This document shows, piece after piece, positions 1-7,490 of a stretch of DNA of 24,047 nucleotides. Position 1 is the stretch's first letter, and each line of letters starts with the position of its first letter. The position numbers were made by a program, and so were the translations under genes. The notes under the pieces are model-generated. The model saw only the letters and a program-made list of their open reading frames with translations, made no database searches and was not told the origin of the DNA. Source of the DNA: a virus. Taxonomy: Duplodnaviria; Caudoviricetes. The stretch is from IMG/VR virus record IMGVR_UViG_3300005805_000490, positions 1 through 24,047 of that record; one strand, 5' to 3'.

Positions 1-2
1 AT

Positions 3-152
3 ACCAATCAAGCATTGAAGGATACGCAGTTTTATAAATCTGAGGAAATCTACAAGAATCAAACGGTGACTGACAATAGAAGGGCACAAAGAATACTTAA
101 TAGTGCTAATGATAGAATATATAATGACTTAGTCAACCAGCAATACAAGTAA
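3..152 (+). CDS. 3' end of a hypothetical protein (truncated by the window edge)
   Basis: Open frame TNQALKDTQFYKSEEIYKNQ...LVNQQYK* ending at TAA 150-152, followed directly by the GGAG RBS of the next gene. Confidence 0.7.
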   Translation, partial: TNQALKDTQFYKSEEIYKNQTVTDNRRAQRILNSANDRIYNDLVNQQYK

Positions 153-163
153 CTGGAGACATT

Positions 164-430
164 ATGAGTCTAAAAGAAGAAATTGATGTAACTGGAGATG
201 GGTTAGTGACAGATAAAGAAATTGAGATTTACGAACAAAGAGCTAAAAACAGAAGAAGGATGGCTTGGGTTAGTCTTACAGCTATGATTGTAACTGCATT
301 TGCTTTAATGTTTTTCGTTGACGAAAAAAGACTTGACACAATGAGTGGGTTGTTAGAACTTTATTGGTTAGGACTTGGGGGTGTTGTAGCCACATATGTT
401 GGTGTTAGTGCGTGGAATAAGAAAGGCTAA
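164..430 (+). CDS. Small 2-TM membrane protein, holin-like
   Basis: GGAG RBS; acidic N-terminus with DVTGDG (EF-hand-like) loop; two hydrophobic helices; basic C-terminus (NKKG). Confidence 0.6.
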   Translation: MSLKEEIDVTGDGLVTDKEIEIYEQRAKNRRRMAWVSLTAMIVTAFALMFFVDEKRLDTMSGLLELYWLGLGGVVATYVGVSAWNKKG

Positions 431-443
431 TACAGGAGTGTAA

Positions 444-950
444 ATGGATCCAATAACCATTATGGCAGCAGCTACTGCAGCTTTTAATGGTGTTAAAAAA
501 GCAGTTGAACTGGGAAGAGAGATTCAGGATGTCTATACACAGCTCGGAGAATGGGCTGGTCATGTAAGCGATTTTCACCATGCAGTAGAAAGTCAGAAGC
601 TAAAAAAACCAGGTTTGTTTGACAAAATAACTTTTGCAAAAAGTGATACAGCTGAAGCATTTGATATGCTTGCTGCAAAACAAAAACTAATTGATATGGA
701 AAAAGAAATTTACCAAATGTTTCATTATGGTGAATTGAATCATCTTGGAAGAGATGGATATGATGAATTTAGAAAAATGAGAGAGGAAGTAAGAAAAAAA
801 CGTAACAAAATGATTATGGACCAGATGTTAGCAAGACGAGATTTTTTCAACAACGCAAAGATTTGGGGTATATCAGCTATTGTAATTTGTTTAGGAATTG
901 TTTTGTTGTGGTTGATGATTGATTTTACGATTACCAATTACAAAGGATAG
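444..950 (+). CDS. Hypothetical helical protein with C-terminal TM anchor
   Basis: AGGAG RBS; MDPITIMAAA N-terminus; charged helical body; C-terminal hydrophobic segment. Confidence 0.75.
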   Translation: MDPITIMAAATAAFNGVKKAVELGREIQDVYTQLGEWAGHVSDFHHAVESQKLKKPGLFDKITFAKSDTAEAFDMLAAKQKLIDMEKEIYQMFHYGELNHLGRDGYDEFRKMREEVRKKRNKMIMDQMLARRDFFNNAKIWGISAIVICLGIVLLWLMIDFTITNYKG

Positions 951-958
951 GAGATCTT

Positions 959-1093
959 ATGGCAACAACAGCTTTCATAGTAGGATTTTTCACTGCACTT
1001 GGTTGGTGGAGTGCTAATAAAACTATAGAGCATCTTGCTGGAGAACCAATTGTGCCATCTACACAACAAAACATAAACAAAAAAGGAGAGTAG
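959..1093 (+). CDS. 44-aa membrane peptide (not in ORF track)
   Basis: AGGAG RBS; MATTAFIVGFFTALGWWSANKTIEHLAGEPIVPSTQQNINKKGE*; fills the gap between its neighbours. Confidence 0.7.
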   Translation: MATTAFIVGFFTALGWWSANKTIEHLAGEPIVPSTQQNINKKGE

Positions 1094-1094
1094 G

Positions 1095-1571
1095 ATGTCA
1101 AAAAATGTGGATGAAGCCGTAGATAAACTTGAGTCTGCGGTTGATCCAAATACAGTAATTAGTATTGGTGGGTACAATTTTACACCCGCAAAACTTATGA
1201 TTGCAGGTACAATCCTAACAACAGTTTTAGGTGGATTGTATGGTGCTTTTGAGGTGTACAAAGATTACATGGATATGAAGGCAGCAATTCAAGAATATGT
1301 AACACCAGACCTAAGTGAGATCAATAAAAAGATAGCAGTCCTTGAACAAAACTCAGATAAAACTTTGGAATATACACGTGATATAAATAATAACTTAAAG
1401 CAGGATATAAGAAGACTTGAGGGTGTAGTTGATGCAGTAGAAAGAGGTGTAAAGCAAACCCAGCGTGAAACTATGCAGGATGTTAAAGAAGTAAGAAATG
1501 AGCTAAAACAACTTAATAAGGAAGTTGACGAAAAAATTAAAAAGGCTATTGATAATCCTTTAGCAAATTAA
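1095..1571 (+). CDS. Membrane-anchored coiled-coil protein (possible i-spanin-like)
   Basis: AAGGAG RBS; one TM segment (LMIAGTILTTVLGGLYGAF) followed by a long heptad-like charged region. Confidence 0.6.
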   Translation: MSKNVDEAVDKLESAVDPNTVISIGGYNFTPAKLMIAGTILTTVLGGLYGAFEVYKDYMDMKAAIQEYVTPDLSEINKKIAVLEQNSDKTLEYTRDINNNLKQDIRRLEGVVDAVERGVKQTQRETMQDVKEVRNELKQLNKEVDEKIKKAIDNPLAN

Positions 1572-1577
1572 TAAGGA

Positions 1578-1814
1578 GTGACAATGAAGTATTTGTTAGT
1601 TTTGAGTGCTTCTTTGTTATTGGTTGGATGTAATGAGAGATACAGATATCCATGTCAAGATCCAGCAAATTGGGGTTCAGAAGAGTGTACTAAACCATTG
1701 TGTGAAGTTAGTCAAACATGTCCAGATTATATCTTTAAAGACATGCCAAACATTAAAACAACCAGCACTGGATCATATACACAACAACAATTGAATAAGG
1801 GAGGTTGCAAGTGA
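1578..1814 (+). CDS. Cys-rich lipoprotein (possible o-spanin-like)
   Basis: Signal peptide with lipobox LLVG-C; several further Cys and Pro residues; the start may be the ATG at 1584 after AAGGAG. Confidence 0.7.
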   Translation: MTMKYLLVLSASLLLVGCNERYRYPCQDPANWGSEECTKPLCEVSQTCPDYIFKDMPNIKTTSTGSYTQQQLNKGGCK

Positions 1815-2185
1815 GCGAAAAAGTTGAAAAAGCAATTAAGCCAAGAATGACAGACACTGAGCTGATGGTAAGACTCAAGGTGTTTATTGGTGCTTGTCTG
1901 GCTTTAACACTTATAGGTATTGTGTTTACAGTTCTTTACAGCATCATGTTTGTAACTCAACCACTCAATGCTATTTCACCAATTGATTCTAAATTCTTTG
2001 AATTAATTATTCCCATTGCAACATTCTTAACAGGCACACTATCAGGTATTATGTTAGCAGGTACAGGAGAGAATGCTGCTATTACAGGTGCTAATGCTCA
2101 AAAAGCTAAACCCGTATCAGCACCACCACCAGCTCCAATTAAAAAAGAAGAAAAACTAGATTTACCTGACGATTTTGAACCCTAG
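1811..2185 (+). CDS. 2-TM membrane protein with Pro-rich C-terminal tail
   Basis: GGAGG RBS then GTG at 1811, overlapping the upstream TGA (GTGA); two long hydrophobic helices. Confidence 0.7.
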   Translation: MSEKVEKAIKPRMTDTELMVRLKVFIGACLALTLIGIVFTVLYSIMFVTQPLNAISPIDSKFFELIIPIATFLTGTLSGIMLAGTGENAAITGANAQKAKPVSAPPPAPIKKEEKLDLPDDFEP

Positions 2186-2193
2186 GAGATAAA

Positions 2194-2343
2194 ATGACAT
2201 TGATTGGCTTTGCTTTAATTATTGCTTCGTTATACTACACTTCCAAGCAAATGGAAAAAGGTTTAACGGTTCTAAACAACTCAGCTGTAAGAAGAACCGT
2301 TAAACCTTCAGCAATGCAAAAGACTAAAAAGAAAAAGCGTTAG
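2194..2343 (+). CDS. 49-aa peptide with N-terminal TM segment and polybasic tail (not in ORF track)
   Basis: AGGAG RBS; MTLIGFALIIASLYYTSKQ...KTKKKKR*; its stop overlaps the stop of the convergent gene. Confidence 0.6.
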   Translation: MTLIGFALIIASLYYTSKQMEKGLTVLNNSAVRRTVKPSAMQKTKKKKR

Positions 2344-2987
2344 TCCCAAAGACTTCTGTAGTATTTGCCAAACAACCGTAGACCGTTGTCGATGCGCTCG
2401 TGATGTCTATCTAAACCTTCACGGTCTACTTTAACTTTAGCAACTTGATCTAGCAGAGACGCTTTATCATCTACTTCAGAATGGTCAAAGAACTTACTAT
2501 CGCCATTGTCATCGATAATTTGTGAATGAGCCCAGATAATTTCATTTAAGACCCAATCCCATTTCATTTCGTTTAGTTCAATAATAGTCTCTTCAACTGC
2601 TTTTTCTTTTTCAGGAAACAACTCTAGTTGACTGTAATCCTGAACCGTAGAAGTACGAAACTTTTCTGGCACATCTTCGTCATCTACAATAGGATACCCA
2701 TGCTGATTGTCTTTTAGTTTTTTAAGAAGTGGTACTACAATGTAAGATAGCGTAGTGTCAGCAGACCAGCAATCCCAATTATCAATTTTTACATAGATCG
2801 TGCGATTTCGTTTAGATTCAACCCAACGCAAAAAGCGATACAAAAGACTGTCCTCGTCCTTACCAGCTAAAAACTCACCAAACTTATGTACACGTTCGTC
2901 TTCGTACTTATCCATCCAAAACAGAATCTTTTCTGCTAGTTGGTATGGACCAAAGTAGTTGACATAAGGTCCCATGTAAACTTTCAT
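2340..2987 (-). CDS. Hypothetical phage protein
   Basis: 215-aa ORF coupled to the upstream gene by ATGA; Trp-rich motifs (IDNWDCWSAD, LFGKYYRSLWD). Confidence 0.75.
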   Translation of the reverse strand: MKVYMGPYVNYFGPYQLAEKILFWMDKYEDERVHKFGEFLAGKDEDSLLYRFLRWVESKRNRTIYVKIDNWDCWSADTTLSYIVVPLLKKLKDNQHGYPIVDDEDVPEKFRTSTVQDYSQLELFPEKEKAVEETIIELNEMKWDWVLNEIIWAHSQIIDDNGDSKFFDHSEVDDKASLLDQVAKVKVDREGLDRHHERIDNGLRLFGKYYRSLWD

Positions 2988-3184
2988 TTTCTAGCTACTC
3001 TATCTCTCAATTGTTTAGAGTTATTAATAAGTAAAATTTGATTGTTTTCAACTTTAAAAGTTATTTCATCGTCAATGCGCCAATCCTCTTGTTGTAACAT
3101 TTCTTCAGGGAATGTCAAAAGAAGCTCTTCAGCATTATCTGGGTTTTCTGTAACTTCCCCAACAAAATATGTTTTTCGTTCCAT
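2984..3184 (-). CDS. AbrB/MazE/SpoVT-like swapped-hairpin protein
   Basis: LLLTFPEEMLQQEDWRIDDEITFKVENNQILL matches the AbrB-type pattern (hxhPxxh...GDxh). Confidence 0.55.
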   Translation of the reverse strand: MERKTYFVGEVTENPDNAEELLLTFPEEMLQQEDWRIDDEITFKVENNQILLINNSKQLRDRVARK

Positions 3185-3185
3185 A

Positions 3186-3641
3186 TTACCTCACACTATG
3201 AGAGCGTTGTACTGTGACATGAGAACCAGGGTGGTAACTCATAACGGTTGTATAGTTAATACCATCTAATTGATATGTTACTTGATATGAACTAACACGC
3301 TGTACATACTCAGAAGTGTATTGAACACCACAATGAGTAGTTGAACCATACGACGGTGGTGTGTTGTTTGCTTGACCCATTTGAGAACCAATTAGCACAC
3401 CTATACCAGTGAGAGCAGCCCTATTAGAAGAATCTCTACCAACTTCAGAGCCAATAACGCCACCAATAATACCACCAACAATAGACCCATTGTTACTGCC
3501 AGGGTGATAAGAAGGCACTTGAGTACAGACATTACGAGGGACTTGAACATGCTCGCTGCTCACAATGGGTTGGACATTAACTACTGGAGCTGAAACAATT
3601 GCAGCACTAACAACTGAAGCAAGCAACATTGATGTAGCCAT
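3186..3641 (-). CDS. Glycine-zipper 2TM protein (YcfJ/Rick_17kDa-like)
   Basis: Signal-like N-terminus; GSIVGGIIGGVIGSEVG and GIGVLIGSQMG glycine zippers; C-terminal YQVTYQLDG...PG as in YcfJ-like proteins. Confidence 0.8.
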   Translation of the reverse strand: MATSMLLASVVSAAIVSAPVVNVQPIVSSEHVQVPRNVCTQVPSYHPGSNNGSIVGGIIGGVIGSEVGRDSSNRAALTGIGVLIGSQMGQANNTPPSYGSTTHCGVQYTSEYVQRVSSYQVTYQLDGINYTTVMSYHPGSHVTVQRSHSVR

Positions 3642-3664
3642 CTAAGATCTCCTTTAATGATTAC

Positions 3665-3692
3665 ATTATATATTATTTCACAAAAATGTCAA
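3665..3692 (-). promoter_or_regulatory. Sigma70-type early promoter
   Basis: TTGACA-N16-TATAAT upstream of the AAGGAG RBS of the glycine-zipper gene. Confidence 0.75.
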
Positions 3693-3889
3693 CTGTAACT
3701 TTTTGTTGTAACTTTTAGTGCGTCTTTTCTCATTAAGAATGTGCGAGCTTCATTCTCAGGTTTAAACACAGTTACGTAACTTACTCCGTCAATGTTTTTG
3801 AGGTTGGAGTAATCTTTGCAGTACCATGTTTCAGAGTTAAGAGGATTAACTAGAACAGTAAGTTTTGGTTTAGTAAATTGCTTTTTCAT
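3689..3889 (-). CDS. Hypothetical protein
   Basis: 66-aa ORF in operon orientation. Confidence 0.7.
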   Translation of the reverse strand: MKKQFTKPKLTVLVNPLNSETWYCKDYSNLKNIDGVSYVTVFKPENEARTFLMRKDALKVTTKSYS

Positions 3890-4667
3890 ACAAAGGCCAT
3901 CTCATGGTTGTTTCTTTAACAGGTTTGTCAATCTTCACAATATCATAACCAACTATTGCTTTTATGTCAAATGTATCTTTTTCTTTAGGTATAGCAACGT
4001 GATCACAAGGATACTCATTCATTATTCGATACAAAACATAGTCACGCTCTATAAACATATTTAAAAGGTCTTTAGACGTTTTACCAAATGCGTTTAAGTG
4101 ATGCTCTTCGATCTCCACAATCACAATAGGTCTGAAAGAAGATAAGTGCTTATCGCCACCTGAGATTACATTACATTCACTACCCTGTACATCCATCTTA
4201 ATGAGTGTTGTGGGGATATCAATATCATCCAAAGTAAATGAATCAACAGCTACGGACAAGTCATCTAGTGTAGAAGCTTCTTTTTCAATCTTGCAATTAC
4301 CAGAATTACCCCAGTCAATCTTTTCCATTACAAACTTACTTTTCTTGTCTGTACATACCTTGTTAATAGCATCTACATTCATGCAACCATTAAGTAAAAG
4401 ATTAGAACATAAATTGTAATAAACTTCTCTTAATGGCTCTGCAGCAATTACATGGCCGTTCTTAGCTAACTTGGAAAGCGTGACTGTATGGTAACCAATA
4501 TTAGCTCCAAGATCAATTACATTGTCAGTTTCACCAACAAAAAAATTAAATAGGTATGTTAGGTGTGGTTCATAGCTTTTTTTGGAACTGATTATTTTTT
4601 GGCTATTGTCACCAATCTTAAGAAGAAAACTTTTATCAAGTAAAGAATAAAGACAGTAGTTGTTCAT
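3870..4667 (-). CDS. FkbM-family SAM-dependent methyltransferase
   Basis: VIDLGANIGYHT, AAEP and IKMDVQGSE motifs; start placed at the ATG overlapping the upstream stop (ATGA). Confidence 0.9.
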   Translation of the reverse strand: MNNYCLYSLLDKSFLLKIGDNSQKIISSKKSYEPHLTYLFNFFVGETDNVIDLGANIGYHTVTLSKLAKNGHVIAAEPLREVYYNLCSNLLLNGCMNVDAINKVCTDKKSKFVMEKIDWGNSGNCKIEKEASTLDDLSVAVDSFTLDDIDIPTTLIKMDVQGSECNVISGGDKHLSSFRPIVIVEIEEHHLNAFGKTSKDLLNMFIERDYVLYRIMNEYPCDHVAIPKEKDTFDIKAIVGYDIVKIDKPVKETTMRWPLYEKAIY

Positions 4668-5296
4668 TTGGGATTCTTCCACAATATGTCCATGTGTGTA
4701 ATAAACATATCATTAAACTTATCAGTAAAGTATCCAGGAAAGTGTTTAGGAACAGCTTTGTGGAATTCTGGAAAAGAATAAGGAACTAATCCCAATGATG
4801 TTATCAAGGGAATTACTTCATGAGCTAGTTTAGCACCTTTGTTGAAAGAAAAGAAAGGAACTTCAATAAGTAAGTATTTGCACTTGCTAATTAGCTTTCT
4901 AGCACCATCCACAATATCATACTCAGACCCTTGAGTATCAACCTTTATAAAGTCAAATGTTCTACCTTCAAAAAAATCATCCAGCTTTACAACAGGAATT
5001 TCAACTTCTGTTGTATTGTTTTCATAATGTATTGTTTGCTCAGTATAAAATGAATTACCCGTACTTCCTGGATTAGAAGTATTAATATAAAACTTTTTTG
5101 TTCCGGTAAAATTTGAAGCACCGACATTATATGTTTCAAAACCAAGATCTCTCAATCTTGGAATATGAGCAATGGAAGGTTCTAAGCAAACACAAGTGGC
5201 TTTGTATCTGTTTTTAAAATCTACAGAAAAGTTCCCTGCGTTTGCTCCAACATCAAGCAAACTTGAAACAAACGAATCTAAATTGTAATCCATCAA
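4664..5296 (-). CDS. FkbM-family SAM-dependent methyltransferase
   Basis: LLDVGANAGNFS, LEP and FIKVDTQGSEYD motifs. Confidence 0.9.
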   Translation of the reverse strand: MMDYNLDSFVSSLLDVGANAGNFSVDFKNRYKATCVCLEPSIAHIPRLRDLGFETYNVGASNFTGTKKFYINTSNPGSTGNSFYTEQTIHYENNTTEVEIPVVKLDDFFEGRTFDFIKVDTQGSEYDIVDGARKLISKCKYLLIEVPFFSFNKGAKLAHEVIPLITSLGLVPYSFPEFHKAVPKHFPGYFTDKFNDMFITHMDILWKNPK

Positions 5297-5586
5297 CGAA
5301 TAGATGCAACAACTAATCCACTACCAAATACAGAATTGTATTGATTGTATAATTCTTCTACAGGCTCTTCTGTCCAGATTACAAAACTCTCGCCAATGTT
5401 AACAGTGTGCTGTTTTGTGAAAGAAGCATAAGGAATGAGAGCCATCATTGGCTGATCTGAATTGCTACGGGAAGGAATTAATTGAAGAAGACACGGTTTT
5501 TTAACTGTGTATATACCAAGACCTGAATCTTGTAAAACATCACCAATTAGTTCTTCACCTGTCGACAGCTTTAGAATTTTTATCAT
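5293..5586 (-). CDS. Conserved T4-like phage small protein (Sm-like fold suspected)
   Basis: MIKILKLSTGEELIG...YNSVFGSGLVV pattern, which I recognise from aquatic T4-like phages near hsp20; start moved to the ATG at 5586. Confidence 0.65.
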   Translation of the reverse strand: MIKILKLSTGEELIGDVLQDSGLGIYTVKKPCLLQLIPSRSNSDQPMMALIPYASFTKQHTVNIGESFVIWTEEPVEELYNQYNSVFGSGLVVASIR

Positions 5587-5758
5587 ATAGACTTTCAATA
5601 AATGAGTAGGCAGTTTCTTCACTATAAAACATTTTAAATATTCTTTCAACTGTTTTTGGATTGTAGCAAACGATCATGAGCTGATCGTCGAGAGAGCTGG
5701 CCTTAATCAGCCAGTTCCCTCTACGTACTGTATCTAAAGAACAGTAAACATCTTTCAA
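5555..5758 (-). CDS. Hypothetical protein
   Basis: TTG start with AGGA upstream; 67 aa. Confidence 0.55.
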   Translation of the reverse strand: MKDVYCSLDTVRRGNWLIKASSLDDQLMIVCYNPKTVERIFKMFYSEETAYSFIESLYDKNSKAVDR

Positions 5759-5854
5759 CTACATCTTCCTTAAAATTTCTTCTGCTTGTCTGGTACGAAT
5801 TTCAACTATAATATCATACAAGCCTTCAAAAAAACTATTTATCTTGGTCAACAT
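5759..5854 (-). CDS. 31-aa amphipathic peptide overlapping the hsp20 3' end (not in ORF track)
   Basis: GGAGG RBS inside hsp20; MLTKINSFFEGLYDIIVEIRTRQAEEILRKM*; stop abuts the next start codon. Confidence 0.55.
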   Translation of the reverse strand: MLTKINSFFEGLYDIIVEIRTRQAEEILRKM

Positions 5855-6344
5855 CAGCGCCCTCCGCTAAAAACTTAGGATTACCTTTAGCATAATTAGA
5901 CACTGTAGAAGGTTCATCAGCAATATCAATTTTACGAGGCTTACGGTGCTCAGGAATGATCTTTTCTAAGAAAATCTTCAACATTCCATTAAACATTGCA
6001 GCATCTTTAATTACAATTTGATCATCGAGTGCAAAAGTACGAGTGAAAGCACGATTAGCAATTCCTTTAAATACAAAGTTTTCAGTATCATCAGCAGTAT
6101 TGCCTTTGATAACGAGTTTATTGTCTTCTAAAATAACTTCAATATCTTGCTTTGCAAATCCAGCACAAGCAAGCTCAATGACATACTTGTTTTCACTAAT
6201 CTTTTTGATGTTGTATGGGGGATAGTTAGGAACGTATTTGGTCAAATCATCATGTAGCTTAGAGATACGATTGTAAGTATCATCAAAACCAATAAAGAGT
6301 TTATCAAAATCTTTAAAAAAAGCGGGTACTAGAGCGTTAGTCAT
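5835..6344 (-). CDS. hsp20: Small heat-shock protein Hsp20 (IbpA-like)
   Basis: NYPPYNI, IELACAGF, KGIANRAFTRTF, NGML and PEHRKPRKIDI alpha-crystallin/IbpA motifs; AAGGAG RBS before the ATG at 6344. Confidence 0.95.
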   Translation of the reverse strand: MTNALVPAFFKDFDKLFIGFDDTYNRISKLHDDLTKYVPNYPPYNIKKISENKYVIELACAGFAKQDIEVILEDNKLVIKGNTADDTENFVFKGIANRAFTRTFALDDQIVIKDAAMFNGMLKIFLEKIIPEHRKPRKIDIADEPSTVSNYAKGNPKFLAEGADVDQDK

Positions 6345-6350
6345 AGTTTT

Positions 6351-6403
6351 CTCCTTGTTAAGCAAGTTAATAAAAAATGCCACCCAGACTTCGGCGTGGC
6401 ATT
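6351..6403 (-). promoter_or_regulatory. Structured hsp20 5' leader with ROSE-like anti-SD hairpin
   Basis: Hairpin AAUGCCAC/GUGGCAUU, followed by CUUGCUU-AAC-AAGGAG, which can pair over the SD with a bulged G. Confidence 0.55.
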
Positions 6404-6405
6404 AG

Positions 6406-6413
6406 TATTTATA
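6406..6413 (-). promoter_or_regulatory. T4-type late promoter (TATAAATA)
   Basis: Exact gp55 consensus in the regA-hsp20 intergenic region; TTGCCC 17 nt upstream could also make it a sigma70-like promoter. Confidence 0.75.
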
Positions 6414-6438
6414 CATCAAATTGTGTTGCAGGGCAACA

Positions 6439-6861
6439 CTAATCTTGTCTTTTTTTACCAATATTGTATTTTGATTGGAGAGTCCATTCGTCCTTTTCTT
6501 TGTACGAAAGAACTTTAATTTGAGATAAGGGAGCGGTAGCTAGATACAAGTCGTTATCTAGGATCTTGATCAAACCCCAGTCAGATAGCAGTTTGGCAAT
6601 TGTGTTTCTACGCTCAATATCGTTATCGGTGAGATCAGCTTGTTTGCCATCTAGTGCAAAAAGCTCTTTAAAGTGAACAATAAAGTACCTACCTTGTTTG
6701 TGTAGAATATGGCAGCTTTGATAAAGTATTTTATCTTTACGGGAAGCAACACCAATGCGAGATAAAGTTTCTCTAACTTTTAAGAAATCATCTGGTTCTA
6801 TAAGTTCTACTTCAAGCGGAAAGTACCCCTCTATGTCTATGTTGAAAAACTCATTTGTCAT
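6439..6861 (-). CDS. regA: RegA translational repressor
   Basis: DDFLKVRETLSRIGVAS, LYQSCHILHKQGRYFIVHFKELFALDG and KYNIG motifs; canonical position after gp62. Confidence 0.97.
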   Translation of the reverse strand: MTNEFFNIDIEGYFPLEVELIEPDDFLKVRETLSRIGVASRKDKILYQSCHILHKQGRYFIVHFKELFALDGKQADLTDNDIERRNTIAKLLSDWGLIKILDNDLYLATAPLSQIKVLSYKEKDEWTLQSKYNIGKKRQD

Positions 6862-7303
6862 TAACTCCACCTTTTTTTAATTTTTGTTTTATAAGGTTTA
6901 TCTGTTCGGGAGTGAGTATAGAAAGGACTTGACGAGCTTTTTCGTCGTTGTATTTGTAGTAATCTTTCACAACTTGCAACGCCTCAATCTTTTCAGGCTT
7001 GATCCATTTGCTGAAGCGCTTTCTCGAACGAATAGTATTTATTAAAAAGTCAAATTGCAGTTTCCTGTCAATATGCGGTCTAGAGTTCATTTCATTTGCA
7101 GCAACCGTGGTATCTGCGGTAAATGACAAACCTTTGTTAATCACATACGGACTGTACTGTTTTTCTGACCAGTCATCGACAATCAGTTTTTCTTTGGTGT
7201 AATTAATCGCATTAATAAAATCAAATGGAGAAATAGAAGGTACCTTATATGGTTCTTCTACTGTTTCAGTGCTGCTTCCAAAAACATCATTAATGTCAGA
7301 CAT
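6851..7303 (-). CDS. gp62: Clamp loader small subunit gp62
   Basis: PFDFINAIN, ANEMN, QFDFLINTIRSRKRFSKW and YY-Y-EKA motifs; T4 synteny. Confidence 0.93.
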   Translation of the reverse strand: MSDINDVFGSSTETVEEPYKVPSISPFDFINAINYTKEKLIVDDWSEKQYSPYVINKGLSFTADTTVAANEMNSRPHIDRKLQFDFLINTIRSRKRFSKWIKPEKIEALQVVKDYYKYNDEKARQVLSILTPEQINLIKQKLKKGGVNDK

Positions 7304-7490
7304 TAGTTACAAAATCCTCAGCTTCGTTTTCTGCCACCTCGAGATGTCTATGAAACTTAAAGATTTCCCTGTCTTCCACGATATTTTTCATTACAAGTTT
7401 AAATGCATCTCCATAAAGAGGCCCTTTAACTACTTTTGCATTCAACATCTTATCATCTGACCAATATTCACTAACAATTATTTCATCCAT
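7296..7490 (-). CDS. Hypothetical protein between gp44 and gp62
   Basis: 64-aa ORF overlapping both neighbours; AENEAEDFV C-terminus. Confidence 0.7.
   Translation of the reverse strand: MDEIIVSEYWSDDKMLNAKVVKGPLYGDAFKLVMKNIVEDREIFKFHRHLEVAENEAEDFVTNV

Noticed and set aside
493-1261. Minus-strand ORFs 493-678, 740-937, 931-1149 and 938-1261
   Set aside because: Antisense shadows of RBS-bearing + strand genes, with no motifs.
5587-6383. Longer N-termini in the ORF track (starts 5649 and 6383; likewise 18440, 22949 and 23792)
   Set aside because: Downstream ATGs have better RBSs and fit family N-termini; the extensions overlap other genes or regulatory elements.
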